Source of the DNA: Candidatus Nomurabacteria bacterium
GTDB lineage: Bacteria; Patescibacteriota; Minisyncoccia; Phycocordibacterales; SBAW01
NCBI GenBank assembly: GCA_020854065.1
Contig: JADZGF010000005.1
Location: 8,925-72,924 of the forward strand
DNA length: 64,000 nucleotides
Direction of reading: 5' to 3'
Within the stretch, counting starts at the first letter, position 1; each line of letters begins with the position of its first letter. The position numbers were made by a program, and so were the translations under genes. A model generated the notes under the pieces. The model did not search any database, was not told the origin of the DNA, and saw only the letters and a program-made list of their open reading frames with translations. Positions 18,479 through 28,908 of this stretch are shown here, piece after piece.

Positions 18479-19462
18479 ATGCTCCACGCTACTTTTTCAC
18501 AAGATGTATTTGAGAAGCCCGATATGTCCGCAACACGTGATGGGTTTGGCAAGGCACTCTTAGAGCTGGGTGAGTCTAATAAAGATGTAGTGGTGGTCTG
18601 TGCCGACTTGGCTGAGAGTACGCGCGTATTAGCGTTTAAAGAAAAGTATCCTGAGCGGTATGTCGAAGCGGGTGTTGCCGAGCAAAATATGGCGACCGTA
18701 GCAAGTGGTCTCGCAAATTACGGAAAAGTCCCTTTTATTACTTCATATGCTGCATTTTCACCCGGGAGAAATAATGAGCAGATCCGTACCACTATTTCAC
18801 TCAATTATGTGCCGGTTAAAATTGTTGGTGCGCACGCTGGTATTTCAGTAGGACCTGACGGCGCAACACACCAAGCGCTTGAAGATATGGCGCTGATGCG
18901 TGTGCAGCCTAATATGTTGGTGCTTTCTCCATGTGATAGCGAAGAGGCGCGTAAAGCGACACTTGCTGCAGCAACGCATCCAGGACCCGTGTATATCCGT
19001 CTGACACGAGAAAAGTCTCCGGTCATGACTGCAACGGAAACTCCCTTTACACTCGGTGCCGCAAACGTGGCGTGGGAGAGCGACCATGCGCCTGAAGTGG
19101 TGGTGTTTGCGACTGGGCCTCTGCTCTACCATGCACTCCTTGCTGCGAAAGAGTTGGAACATGCGGTAGCAACGATGGTGGTGAATGTGCACACAATCAA
19201 ACCGCTTGATAGGGCAGTTATCGATTTTGCAAAACAAGCCGGGGCCGTCGTTACGGTGGAAGAACATCAGGTGGCTGGAGGGTTAGGAAGTGCAGTTGCT
19301 GAACTTTTGGCACAAGAGCATCCCGTACCAATTGAGTTTATCGGTGTGAAAGACCAGTTTGGGCAGTCCGGCGAGCCGTCTGAATTGTATGAGCACTACG
19401 GCATGGCGCCGAAGCACATTGTGGAGGCAATTAAAAAAGCAGAGAGTCGCAAAGTGAAGTAA
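18479..19462 (+). CDS. Transketolase, C-terminal subunit
   Basis: GVAEQNM, GPDGATHQ, PVYIRL, EEH..GGLG. Confidence 0.95.
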   Translation: MLHATFSQDVFEKPDMSATRDGFGKALLELGESNKDVVVVCADLAESTRVLAFKEKYPERYVEAGVAEQNMATVASGLANYGKVPFITSYAAFSPGRNNEQIRTTISLNYVPVKIVGAHAGISVGPDGATHQALEDMALMRVQPNMLVLSPCDSEEARKATLAAATHPGPVYIRLTREKSPVMTATETPFTLGAANVAWESDHAPEVVVFATGPLLYHALLAAKELEHAVATMVVNVHTIKPLDRAVIDFAKQAGAVVTVEEHQVAGGLGSAVAELLAQEHPVPIEFIGVKDQFGQSGEPSELYEHYGMAPKHIVEAIKKAESRKVK

Positions 19463-19467
19463 ACACT

Positions 19468-20001
19468 ATGCTGCATACGACGCATCGGTTTATAAAAAGG
19501 AGATTTGCAAAGCTCGGCATCGAGGGAGGCGTCATGGCGATATGCGCACTCATTCTCTTTAGTGGCGTTGTATATAAATACGGTGAGTACTCACAGAGTC
19601 TGCAGTGTTTAACGCATCTTTTGTATGTCGAAGCACGGGGCATGGATGAACAAGCGCAGTATGATGTGGCGCACTCGGTGATGAATCGTGTCGAAGCAAA
19701 CCGTCCGTATTTTGGTGGCAACACGGTGTGCGGTGTGGTGTATTACGTGCAAGATGGTGTACGTCAGTATTCGGGAGTGTCCCGTAACTTTGGTATGCCG
19801 GAGGATATGGAATCCTGGAAACGGTCAATGGCAATTGCGAGTGATGTGTTGACTGGCAGGGTGGAGCCTGTTGGCGCAATGCGGGATGCGCTCTATTATC
19901 TCAATCCTAAATATTCAAGCTCACGAAGTATTGTGTGGTTCAGAGCAAATCTCCGTGAGGTGGGATCCTCCGGTGCCCATATTTTTTACACTGACAGATA
20001 A
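19468..20001 (+). CDS. SleB-like cell wall hydrolase (Hydrolase_2)
   Basis: CL...LY.EARG, V.NRV, TVCGVV, QYS, ALYY, G.HIFY. Confidence 0.85.
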   Translation: MLHTTHRFIKRRFAKLGIEGGVMAICALILFSGVVYKYGEYSQSLQCLTHLLYVEARGMDEQAQYDVAHSVMNRVEANRPYFGGNTVCGVVYYVQDGVRQYSGVSRNFGMPEDMESWKRSMAIASDVLTGRVEPVGAMRDALYYLNPKYSSSRSIVWFRANLREVGSSGAHIFYTDR

Positions 20002-20004
20002 AGG

Positions 20005-20994
20005 TTAGAGCGACTCGACGCTCCACGGTGCTGGGGGATTTGCTAAATTCTTTTCCAATTGCTCGCGCGTAAGGAGTCCTTTTTGTGCACCAATACCCTG
20101 CAAGACCGATGATGCGTTAACTGAGCCCCAACGCAACGCTTCTTCAAGTGTCTTCCCGAGGCTTAATGCAACCGTGGTGGTTGAGGCGAGTGCGTCTCCT
20201 GCGCCCGTTACCTCATACGGCTGCTTTGGATCGGGATAGCGGGGAAGATGAAACATTGCTCCTTGTTCGTCTCGTGCGTAGCATCCGTTGGTGCCGTCGG
20301 TAATGACGACGGTCTTGGGACCGAGTGCGTGCATAGCGTCAAGGAGCTGTTTAAATTCTTGTCCTGCGGGTAATCCTAAAATACGTTCAGCCTCCTCTTT
20401 GTTGCAGAAAAATAGATCGCTTCTTTTATACACCTCTGCAAGTGCTTCTTTACCCATCTTCATCTGGTATGTCCCCGGCTGGAAGGCGAGTTTCGTGTCT
20501 GGATACTTCTCAAGCATCTGCATCAAAGCGCGGTGATAGGGAAGCGAGGAGTCTCCGAGCGAGGAGAGATAGAGCCATTGTGGTTTCTCGCGCAAAGAGG
20601 GCACGGCATAATCGAACGTTTCGTGCTTAACCAATATAGTGCGTTGCGATTCATACCACAGTACGTAGTGGTAGTTGGTAAATTTGCCTGGCTGCGTTTC
20701 CATATACGCAACATCGACGCCTTCACGGCGCAACACTTCAATACATTGTGCACCGTATGCATCTTTGCCGACATATGCACGCAACCCTGAAGACACCCCA
20801 AGACGTGCTGCAGAAACTGCGGCATTTGCAGCGTTTCCCACTGCAGGCACGATCTCGTGGAGCTCATACGGGATCTTATCTCCCCACTTCATAGAGATCT
20901 CGCAATCTTCGTTATCAAGTCGGCAATGCACCCTCGCATCTTTAAGTCTGATAAAGGCGTCAGTCACTATGTCACCAACTGCAAAGAAGTTCAT
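20005..20994 (-). CDS. PfkB/ribokinase family carbohydrate kinase
   Basis: GNAANAAVSAARLG, N.EEA, TGAGDA. Confidence 0.92.
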   Translation of the reverse strand: MNFFAVGDIVTDAFIRLKDARVHCRLDNEDCEISMKWGDKIPYELHEIVPAVGNAANAAVSAARLGVSSGLRAYVGKDAYGAQCIEVLRREGVDVAYMETQPGKFTNYHYVLWYESQRTILVKHETFDYAVPSLREKPQWLYLSSLGDSSLPYHRALMQMLEKYPDTKLAFQPGTYQMKMGKEALAEVYKRSDLFFCNKEEAERILGLPAGQEFKQLLDAMHALGPKTVVITDGTNGCYARDEQGAMFHLPRYPDPKQPYEVTGAGDALASTTTVALSLGKTLEEALRWGSVNASSVLQGIGAQKGLLTREQLEKNLANPPAPWSVESL

Positions 20995-21020
20995 GTTGTT
21001 TTCTATTATATAGTAAGTAC

Positions 21021-21887
21021 ATGAAGCCTCTCCGCGAGGTGCTCAAGGAGTACAGAAATGCCACCAAGGCGTTGGCGCATTTTAACTTCTCCGATTCTAA
21101 TCAACTCAAAGCAATTGCTGAGGCGAGTAAAGAAACAGGATTACCGGTACTCGCAGCGCTCTCGGAAGGTGAACGTGAGCATTTTCCTCTGGTGCATGCG
21201 CGCGCATTGATTGATGCGTACCAGCGTGAAGGGGTGCAGATGTACTTAAGTGCTGATCACACGTATTCACTTGAAAAAGCGAAAGCGGCTATTAATGCAG
21301 GAGTAGATGCGATTGTGGTTGATGGGGCAGAACTTAGTTTTGCCGACAATGAAAAGTTGCTTATGCAAGTCGTTGCATACGCGCACAGCAAAAAGCGCTT
21401 CCGCGGATACCACGACACCATTATTGAAGGAGAGTTGGGGTATATTGGTAAATCTTCGTCTTTACACGATTCACTCCCGGAGGGGGTGAGTGAAGCAAAC
21501 CTCACTACGCCCGAGGATGCGGCACGTTTGGTTAAAGAAACAGGTATCGATGCGCTTGCGCCAGCGGTGGGGAATGTACACGGCATGTTGAAGAATGCAA
21601 AAGAGCCACGATTGCACCCGGATCGGATGAAAGAGATTGCAAAAGCGGCGGGGGTTCCACTCGTATTGCATGGTGCTTCCGGAAACAGCGAAGAGGACAT
21701 TAAGGCTTGTATTGCGGTAGGTGTCTCAATTGTTCATATCAATACCGAGCTCCGGGTGCTCTATCGAGATTCACTCCGTGATTCACTAAAAGGAGAGGAA
21801 ACAACGCCGTATAAGTTTTTGACCCCGGCAGTCGATGCTATGCGCGAGTACCTTATCCACAGGGTGCGGTTATGTGCAGGTCTCTAG
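21021..21887 (+). CDS. fba: Class II fructose-bisphosphate aldolase
   Basis: ADH, EGELG, GNVHG, LVLHGASG, INTELR. Confidence 0.92.
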   Translation: MKPLREVLKEYRNATKALAHFNFSDSNQLKAIAEASKETGLPVLAALSEGEREHFPLVHARALIDAYQREGVQMYLSADHTYSLEKAKAAINAGVDAIVVDGAELSFADNEKLLMQVVAYAHSKKRFRGYHDTIIEGELGYIGKSSSLHDSLPEGVSEANLTTPEDAARLVKETGIDALAPAVGNVHGMLKNAKEPRLHPDRMKEIAKAAGVPLVLHGASGNSEEDIKACIAVGVSIVHINTELRVLYRDSLRDSLKGEETTPYKFLTPAVDAMREYLIHRVRLCAGL

Positions 21888-21963
21888 CTATATACTTAAG
21901 CGAGTTACGGAGACGCTCTACGCATATCTGAATTTTTAAAAATTATAAACTGAGCTGCTTTTT

Positions 21964-22344
21964 ATGAATACATTTAACGGGATACTTATTGGGCTCATTG
22001 TAGCCATCGTCGCTTCGGCAGGTTCTTTTTATCTTGGGTACAGCATTAACCCCGCTGTTCTCGGGCCTTATATAGCACCAAATGCGGTAGAAGGTTTACC
22101 TGAGGGAGTTGTCCAGATTCTTGGTACGGTTGAATCTCAAGAAGCTGGAAATCTTACGGTCCGCCTCAATACCGGCGAGCAGCGCACAGTCATGCTTAAC
22201 GAAGATACTTCAGTGGTTGTAAGTGTCCTCGCGGCAGACCTCTCCGTTCTTATCCCAGGGACGGAAGTTTTGATCTCTGCATTTGAGCAGCAAGACGGCT
22301 CTCTGCAGACGGAATACATTACGGTAGTACCTCAAGACGAGTAA
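21964..22344 (+). CDS. Membrane-anchored hypothetical protein (DUF5666/OB-fold-like)
   Basis: N-terminal TM; GTVES....LTV, DL..L.PG..V.I, DGS. Confidence 0.55.
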   Translation: MNTFNGILIGLIVAIVASAGSFYLGYSINPAVLGPYIAPNAVEGLPEGVVQILGTVESQEAGNLTVRLNTGEQRTVMLNEDTSVVVSVLAADLSVLIPGTEVLISAFEQQDGSLQTEYITVVPQDE

Positions 22345-22346
22345 CA

Positions 22347-24587
22347 ATGGAGTTTTTTCCAAAACATAAGGGTCGTTTTATCGGCGCAAGCGTTGCTGCG
22401 GTGTATCTTCTTTTAATCGGTGCCGCATTTATCGGGAATGATTCATTGGCGCAGTTTGCGAACGTCTCTCCCGGTAGTCAGACAGCACTGTCGATCTGCG
22501 ACATTCCTGGTGTGGGTTGTGGAGATGGCATTATCTACACGAACGACCTGAAGGTAACCATAGTTTCTTGGGCACTCCCGCCATATGGTGGGAGTGGAGA
22601 ATTGTATGTAAAGACCCATGGTTATACGTCTTATACGGGGGTTAACGCGCTTTGTGTGTATAAAAATCTCACGACAGGCGTCGGGAGGACCGCGAAGAGT
22701 GGTGCTAAAGGAGAGGCTAGAATTAAAGATTTCGGTCCAATTAATGGCACTACACAAGTAAAGATTACCTGCACCAACTACTACGCTACGTACTCCTCTT
22801 CCGATTCGACCAAAATAACCCTTAAAAATGCGCCAGACATTACGTTCCAGGCGGACCCAACAGAGCTTACCTACAGCGGCGCTCCAGTCACGAGTAACAT
22901 TACGTGGAAGGTAGGGAACGATTACAAATGTCGACTGACGGGTCCTGGTGTTTCTATAAGTAAGACAGAGGCGGAGTGCCAAAATAGTACGGTAACTGCT
23001 GTGCCGTTTAGTAGCCCAGGTTCTTATACGTACGATCTTGAGTATGTTCCATATTCTGACAAAGACGGAAATGATGTATGGGCTACAATCCAGAGTGTAA
23101 CAGTTGATGTCTTGCCACCGGCCGACCTCTGTCCATCGCTTGCAGGTACACAGACCTCATATCCATCAGGTTCAAGTCCTGCAAACTCCTGCACCTGCCC
23201 CAGTGGGTATACGTACGACAGCGGTTCTAACGCTTGTGTTGCTCTGGACCTCTGCCCATCACTTGCAGGTACACAGACTTCGTATCCTTCTGGTTCGAGT
23301 CCTACAAACTCTTGTACGTGCCCCTCAACTTCGACCTACAACAGCTCAACGAATAGCTGTGCAGCCGCCACTGACCTTTGCCCGTCCCTCGGGGGCACAC
23401 AAACCTCATATCCATCAGGTTCAAGTCCTGCAAACTCTTGTACGTGCCCCGCGACATATACCTACAATAGTGGTACCAACAGATGCACAGCTCCTGTTGC
23501 CGCTGATCTCTGTCCATCACTTGCAGGCACACAGACTTCGTATCCTTCTGGTTCGAACCCACCTAATTCATGCACATGCCCTGGAGACTATATCAGCGCC
23601 ACTAATAGATGCATGGCTCCTGTAACGGGAACGCCAACGTTGAACATTACAGGCAACGGGCAGCAAAATACAGTAACTGTCACTCCAGGGACGCCGGTTA
23701 CTGTTGTTGGAACTTTTGTGGCTGCTTCCGGTGACTCTTTGGTAGCTACAGCTCTTAATGACAACGCAAGTAATCCACTTCCTGGCGTGCCAAACAGCAC
23801 TGCAACATCGCCTAAGACATATGTCTTTACGCCAACAGCAGTCGGTAGTTACGTATTTTATCCAGCGGCGAGGACTTCGGCATATCCATCATGGAACAAT
23901 TACGGCAAAGCGTTGGTCGTAAACGTAATACCTGCTAGCGTCTTTACCTGCACAGGCGCTGTTCCTTCAAACGCCACACTTTGTACTGCAGATGATACTG
24001 GTTTGACTTCCAATACCGCACGAACACTCACTTCTTCCTGCAGCATACCTAGGGGGAGTGCGCCAAAATGCCAATACACGTGCCAGTCGGGCTACACCAT
24101 ACAAGGCAGCACGTGTGAGCCAAACGCTACATGCTCAGGGGCACATCAGCTCGGTACGCCACCTAACTGCACCTGTGAAGTTGGATACATCATGCAGTAT
24201 GGAAGTTGTGTTGCTGTAGCTTGCCCGGGTGCGCATGAGGTTAACTATCCGGCATGTACCTGTGGGTCCGGCTACACTCGTGATGCCGGAAGTGGTCAAT
24301 GTGTTATGCAACCAGCGCTTGAGCTTCAAGTAAACGGAGCAGATGCAGCTCGGGTTCGTGCGGGGAGTGGGGTAGAGATTATATGGAATGCAACTGGAGT
24401 TCAGGCTGGATCCTGCACCGTACGCACTTCGGCTGGTACGACAATCTCAAGTGGAGTCAACAGCGGTTCTAGTGAGTACACTGTTGCGGGGCAGACAATC
24501 TTCCGCCTCAGCTGCCTTAATGATGCTGGTGGGGTAGTAACGGATGAAGCGGTCGTCAATATCATCCCTACCTTTATAGAGTCCTAG
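22347..24587 (+). CDS. Large Cys-rich modular surface protein (4 Cys repeats, Ig-like module, EGF-like repeats)
   Basis: N-terminal TM/signal; DLCPSLAGTQTSYPS repeats; module shared with 11989..14895; CxC..GY EGF-like units. Confidence 0.8.
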   Translation: MEFFPKHKGRFIGASVAAVYLLLIGAAFIGNDSLAQFANVSPGSQTALSICDIPGVGCGDGIIYTNDLKVTIVSWALPPYGGSGELYVKTHGYTSYTGVNALCVYKNLTTGVGRTAKSGAKGEARIKDFGPINGTTQVKITCTNYYATYSSSDSTKITLKNAPDITFQADPTELTYSGAPVTSNITWKVGNDYKCRLTGPGVSISKTEAECQNSTVTAVPFSSPGSYTYDLEYVPYSDKDGNDVWATIQSVTVDVLPPADLCPSLAGTQTSYPSGSSPANSCTCPSGYTYDSGSNACVALDLCPSLAGTQTSYPSGSSPTNSCTCPSTSTYNSSTNSCAAATDLCPSLGGTQTSYPSGSSPANSCTCPATYTYNSGTNRCTAPVAADLCPSLAGTQTSYPSGSNPPNSCTCPGDYISATNRCMAPVTGTPTLNITGNGQQNTVTVTPGTPVTVVGTFVAASGDSLVATALNDNASNPLPGVPNSTATSPKTYVFTPTAVGSYVFYPAARTSAYPSWNNYGKALVVNVIPASVFTCTGAVPSNATLCTADDTGLTSNTARTLTSSCSIPRGSAPKCQYTCQSGYTIQGSTCEPNATCSGAHQLGTPPNCTCEVGYIMQYGSCVAVACPGAHEVNYPACTCGSGYTRDAGSGQCVMQPALELQVNGADAARVRAGSGVEIIWNATGVQAGSCTVRTSAGTTISSGVNSGSSEYTVAGQTIFRLSCLNDAGGVVTDEAVVNIIPTFIES
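23124..23620 (+). repeat. Four Cys-rich tandem repeats, same family as 13540..13911
   Basis: 23181..23269 matches 13726..13814 at 88 of 89 nt. Confidence 0.9.
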
Positions 24588-24642
24588 CGGTCAGGTCCTC
24601 TAGCTTGCCGCGTATAGGTTTTTCTGTTACAGTACCTCCGTT

Positions 24643-25293
24643 ATGGAGTTGACCGTCAATAAGCGCGAAACTACGCAAAATCCTAATACCCTACGCCGCG
24701 AGGGCTTCTTGCCTGCGGTTATCTATGGTTGTGCCGCAGAGTCCACTCCGGTTACGATCGACCGCAAGACCTTCCAGAAAGTCTATAAGGCTGCAGGCGA
24801 GTCGAGCGTTATCACCATTAAGGGCCTTGGTGAGGATAAAGACGCCCTTATCCACGATGTACAGCACGATGCAGTAACGGGTGAGCCGTTGCATGCAGAT
24901 TTTTATGCAATTCAGAAGGGTCAAACGGTGACGGTCTCCGTACCACTCGAGTTCGATGGTGTCGCTCCTGCAGTGAAGGATCTTGGTGGTATTTTGACCA
25001 AAGTCATGCACGAGCTTGAAATCACGGTACAACCGAAAGATCTCCCACATGCTATTCATGTAGACATTTCTGCATTGAAGACCCTTGAAGATCAGATTAA
25101 GGTCTCTGACCTTAAACTTCCGGCATCTGCTGAGATATCTGCTGATCCTGAGGAGGTTGTTGCAATGGTATCGACTGCAACGGAAGAGCCTGCGGAGCCT
25201 GCAGCACCAATTGATCTCTCGGCAATCGCTATCTCCGAAGAGCGCGGCAAGAAGGAGGAAGAAGCTCCTGCTGAAGGCGAAACAAAAGAGTAA
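24643..25293 (+). CDS. rplY: 50S ribosomal protein L25/Ctc
   Basis: LRREG.LPAVIYG, H.DFY, long Ctc-type C-terminus. Confidence 0.95.
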   Translation: MELTVNKRETTQNPNTLRREGFLPAVIYGCAAESTPVTIDRKTFQKVYKAAGESSVITIKGLGEDKDALIHDVQHDAVTGEPLHADFYAIQKGQTVTVSVPLEFDGVAPAVKDLGGILTKVMHELEITVQPKDLPHAIHVDISALKTLEDQIKVSDLKLPASAEISADPEEVVAMVSTATEEPAEPAAPIDLSAIAISEERGKKEEEAPAEGETKE

Positions 25294-25294
25294 C

Positions 25295-25321
25295 AAAAGC
25301 GACCCTGAAAGGGGTCGTTTT
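25295..25321 (+). terminator. Intrinsic terminator after rplY
   Basis: aaaagcgaccct-gaaa-ggggtcgtttt hairpin. Confidence 0.8.
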
Positions 25322-25378
25322 AGGTCTTCATAAGTAATTTTTGAGAGTCTCTTGCGTCTGTTAAGATATAAAGAACGC

Positions 25379-26719
25379 ATGAGTTTTAAGCTCTCCATAG
25401 GGGCTCTGTTCCTCTTCCTGGCACTCTCAGGTGCCGCTATGGCGCAGACCCTCTCTCCGGAGGAACGCGCAAAACTCCAAGCTGAATACGACCAACTGCA
25501 AGAGGAAATAGTAAAGTGGCAGAAAGTGCTCGACGAGACGCGAGCAAAGAAGAACACCATTCAAGGAGATGTGTCTGCCCTTGATGCACAGATTAAGAAG
25601 GCGCAGGCTGAGATTAATCAACGTAATAATACTATTTCGCGGCTCTCTTCTGAGATTCGCCAAAAATCAGCACGCATCTCTACATTAGAAGAGCGCCTTG
25701 ATCGGGGGAAAGAGTCTTTGGCAAAACTTCTGCGTGAAAAATACCAGAGTGATCAACAGTCGCTTGCGGTATTAGCACTCTCAGCACAAGACCTTTCTGA
25801 TTTCTATGCCACCGTCGACTCTATCGACATTATCGACCGCGAGTTGCAATCCCTTTTTGATGAGCTCCGTGGCGTTAAACAGCAGACTGAGGAAGAGAAG
25901 GCGGCATTAGCCGAGCGCCAGGATAAAGAGTTTGATGCGCGCTATGAGGTGGAGGTAAAAAAGAAGGAGATAGCAACGGACCAGGCACAAAAGAAGGAAT
26001 TGCTCGCCGTCACCGCAAGCGAAGAGAGATCATACAGCCAGGTGCTGGCGGATAGGCAGCGTAGAGCTGAGGAAATCCGTAGCGCACTCTTCGAGTTGCG
26101 TGACACGCAAGGTATTTCCTTTGAGACCGCACTTGCGTACGCACAAGAGGCTTCCGGCAAAACAGGAGTACGTGCTGCCTTTATTCTCGGCATTCTGCGC
26201 CAAGAGTCTAACTTGGGTAAAAACGTAGGGCAGTGTCTCTTAACCGATGCTACAACCGGGGCTGGCAAGGGTAAAAATACCGGTACACCATTTGCTCGGG
26301 TAATGCGTGCGGATGAGGTACGTAACGACGCTGCAGTCTTCCTCAACTTAATGCAAAAACTTGGTCGCGATCCGTACTCGACCCCGGTGTCCTGTCCTAT
26401 TGCAGGAGTGGGGTATGGCGGCGCTATGGGACCGTCCCAATTTATCCCCACCACCTGGGTTGGGCTTGAGAGCCGCATCAGCTCCCTCGTCGGTGTATCG
26501 ACTCCTGATCCGTGGAGCCCGAAACACGCCATTCATGCAACCGCTCTTTTCTTAGCAGATCTCGGTGCGGGCAGGGGTACGCCAAGCGCCGAGCGCGAGG
26601 CTGCAGGCCGATACTATGCGGGAGGCAATTGGGCTACCTTGGGGCTTGGGTATGCCAATTCGGTCTTAGGTTTTGCCGCCGAATACCAGGCAAATATCGA
26701 CTTCTTGAACGACTTGTAA
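25379..26719 (+). CDS. Secreted coiled-coil (PcsB/CwlO-like) + lytic murein transglycosylase
   Basis: Signal peptide, long coiled coil, [24 protein letters not shown]. Confidence 0.85.
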   Translation: MSFKLSIGALFLFLALSGAAMAQTLSPEERAKLQAEYDQLQEEIVKWQKVLDETRAKKNTIQGDVSALDAQIKKAQAEINQRNNTISRLSSEIRQKSARISTLEERLDRGKESLAKLLREKYQSDQQSLAVLALSAQDLSDFYATVDSIDIIDRELQSLFDELRGVKQQTEEEKAALAERQDKEFDARYEVEVKKKEIATDQAQKKELLAVTASEERSYSQVLADRQRRAEEIRSALFELRDTQGISFETALAYAQEASGKTGVRAAFILGILRQESNLGKNVGQCLLTDATTGAGKGKNTGTPFARVMRADEVRNDAAVFLNLMQKLGRDPYSTPVSCPIAGVGYGGAMGPSQFIPTTWVGLESRISSLVGVSTPDPWSPKHAIHATALFLADLGAGRGTPSAEREAAGRYYAGGNWATLGLGYANSVLGFAAEYQANIDFLNDL

Positions 26720-26741
26720 TCGTGTGTTACACTGCTCACAC

Positions 26742-26954
26742 ATGAAAAAGGAGACCCATCCGACATATTTTGCCAAAGCCACCGTTGCGTGCGTATGCGG
26801 GGCGTCTTTTCCGGTGGGTTCGACCAAAGAAAAACTGGAGGTTGAGATCTGCTCGAGCTGCCATCCGTTCTATACGGGGAATGAGAAGATCCTCGATGCC
26901 GCTGGTCGTGTCGAGAAGTTTAAGGCTCGTCGCGCTGCAGCAAAGAAGAAATAA
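26742..26954 (+). CDS. rpmE: 50S ribosomal protein L31 (zinc type)
   Basis: [27 protein letters not shown]. Confidence 0.96.
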   Translation: MKKETHPTYFAKATVACVCGASFPVGSTKEKLEVEICSSCHPFYTGNEKILDAAGRVEKFKARRAAAKKK

Positions 26955-27017
26955 CTACGCTACACTGAGAGCGTAGAAGAAGTAAGTCGAAAGGGCTTGG
27001 CTTCTACGAAGCTACCC

Positions 27018-27896
27018 ATGGACGATTTGCAAAAATACAAAGAAAACCCAAAAACTGCCTATATGGTGGAGACGTTGCAGTACCTTACCAACGAGTCTGA
27101 TCGTGCAGCACTCATCACGCAGATGGATGAGATTCTCAAAGCAGAAGAGGGGAGCGATGAACTCCCGAACGAAGCTATTTTAGAAGTCCGTGCCGGTGTG
27201 GGTGGGCAAGAAGCTGCCCTCTTTGCTGAAGAGTTGGCAAACATGTACCAGGCATATGTGGTGGCGCAGGGGTGGAGTGTCCGCACGCTCTCTGAGGCAA
27301 AAACTGATCTTGGGGGGTATAAAGAGGCGGTATTTGAAATTCGGGGGAAGGGAGTGTATGAAAAATTGCGGTATGAGACAGGGGTACATCGCATCCAGCG
27401 TGTTCCTGCAACTGAAAAGAGTGGTCGTGTGCACACGTCCACTGCATCGGTTGCAATCTTGCCGATCCGTAAGAAGCACACCATTGTTATAAATCCCGCT
27501 GATATTGAGTGGGAGTTTTCGCGTGCAGGGGGTGCCGGTGGCCAAAACGTGAATAAGGTTGAGACTGCTGCGCGGGTGATACACAAACCAACGGGTCTTG
27601 ATGCCCGCTCGCAAGCAGAGCGTTCGCAAAACGCCAACCGCGAGCGCGCCATGGCTGTCCTTATGGCCAGACTTGAGCAGCTTGAGGAGGAGAAAGAGGC
27701 TCAAAAATATGCTGCGCATCGTGCATCCCAAATTGGTACCGCGGATCGCTCTGAGAAGATTAGAACCTATAACATCCTGCAGGATCGCGTAACCGACCAT
27801 CGCATCAAGCAGGACTGGCATAATCTTCCTAAAATTTTTGCAGGTTCGCTTGACCCTATTATTGATGCCCTACTCTCGTATACAGCGACTGAGTAA
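27018..27896 (+). CDS. prfA: Peptide chain release factor 1 with shortened N-terminal domain
   Basis: PAT (PxT) specificity motif, [12 protein letters not shown]. Confidence 0.92.
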   Translation: MDDLQKYKENPKTAYMVETLQYLTNESDRAALITQMDEILKAEEGSDELPNEAILEVRAGVGGQEAALFAEELANMYQAYVVAQGWSVRTLSEAKTDLGGYKEAVFEIRGKGVYEKLRYETGVHRIQRVPATEKSGRVHTSTASVAILPIRKKHTIVINPADIEWEFSRAGGAGGQNVNKVETAARVIHKPTGLDARSQAERSQNANRERAMAVLMARLEQLEEEKEAQKYAAHRASQIGTADRSEKIRTYNILQDRVTDHRIKQDWHNLPKIFAGSLDPIIDALLSYTATE

Positions 27897-28866
27897 ACAG
27901 GCGGGTGTTGCCGCTGTAGCGCTGGTGGCAGCATTTGGTTTGGCGCAAGGTACTGCCGAGGCACCTCACGCTTTTATTTCTCAACAGAATGCCACCGATA
28001 TTCTTTTCTTAGGGGATGTCATGCTCGATCGGGGTGTTGCGCGTCGTGCTGCAACCACAACGCCTGGGCTTGGTGGTGGAGCAATGGTCTCCGGTATGCA
28101 ACCGTTAGTGCATAGTGCCGATGTGGTGGTACTTAATTTCGAAGGCACTATTACCACCAATCCTTCAATTGCACAGCAAGACAACACTATTTTGCGCTTT
28201 ACCTTTACACCTGAGCTTGCCAAGACAATCCTCGAAGCGCTCGAGGTAGATGTGGTTTCCTTAGCAAACAACCATGCACTCGATTTTTATGCAGCGGGGT
28301 ATGAAAGTACCAAGACGTATTTAGACGAGTGGGGAATTGGTCATTTTGGGCATCCGTTAAACAGTCAACATCTCTCCACTATATTTGAGCACGAAGGGAG
28401 AGTGTTGTGCTTTGTGGGATACCACGAGCTCTATGATGCGAATACCGCTTCTGTCGTTGCGGAGATTATTCGTCTGCGCCCGGAGTGCACGAAGATTATC
28501 GTCTTCCCGCACTGGGGTCCGGAATATGAGCCCCTTCCAAGCGCTTCTCAAGTGTCCGAAGCACATGCGTTTATCGATGCAGGTGCCGATATGGTTATTG
28601 GGGCTCACCCCCATGTCGTGCAGCCAATTGAGGTGTACAACGGGAAGCCAATCGCGTACTCCTTGGGCAACTTTATCTTCGACCAGGACTTTTCTTGGGA
28701 GACCAGGCACGGGTTAGCCCTTATGGTGCGCTTACGCGACGAGGGTACCCGTATAACCCTCATCCCTATTGCTATAGAGGGGTCGCGTCCGAGCCCTGCT
28801 CTCGGGGAAGAGAGGACCCGGATTATTGAGGCTGCAGGTGGAGTGGACACCCTAGAGCTGCCATGA
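27865..28866 (+). CDS. CapA/PGA_cap family metallophosphoesterase-fold protein
   Basis: GDVML.R, N.E, LANNH..D, HWG.EY, GAHPHV.Q, YSLGNF. Confidence 0.9.
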   Translation: MPYSRIQRLSKQAGVAAVALVAAFGLAQGTAEAPHAFISQQNATDILFLGDVMLDRGVARRAATTTPGLGGGAMVSGMQPLVHSADVVVLNFEGTITTNPSIAQQDNTILRFTFTPELAKTILEALEVDVVSLANNHALDFYAAGYESTKTYLDEWGIGHFGHPLNSQHLSTIFEHEGRVLCFVGYHELYDANTASVVAEIIRLRPECTKIIVFPHWGPEYEPLPSASQVSEAHAFIDAGADMVIGAHPHVVQPIEVYNGKPIAYSLGNFIFDQDFSWETRHGLALMVRLRDEGTRITLIPIAIEGSRPSPALGEERTRIIEAAGGVDTLELP

Positions 28867-28908
28867 TATGGTAGCTGCACAAGGGCTTGTGCCCTTTTTT
28901 GTTACAGC

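Noticed and set aside
13540-23620. Shared Cys-repeat DNA as a DGR TR/VR pair or transposon ends
   Set aside because: Both copies are internal coding repeats, mismatches are mostly synonymous and not A-biased, and there is no RT or transposase.
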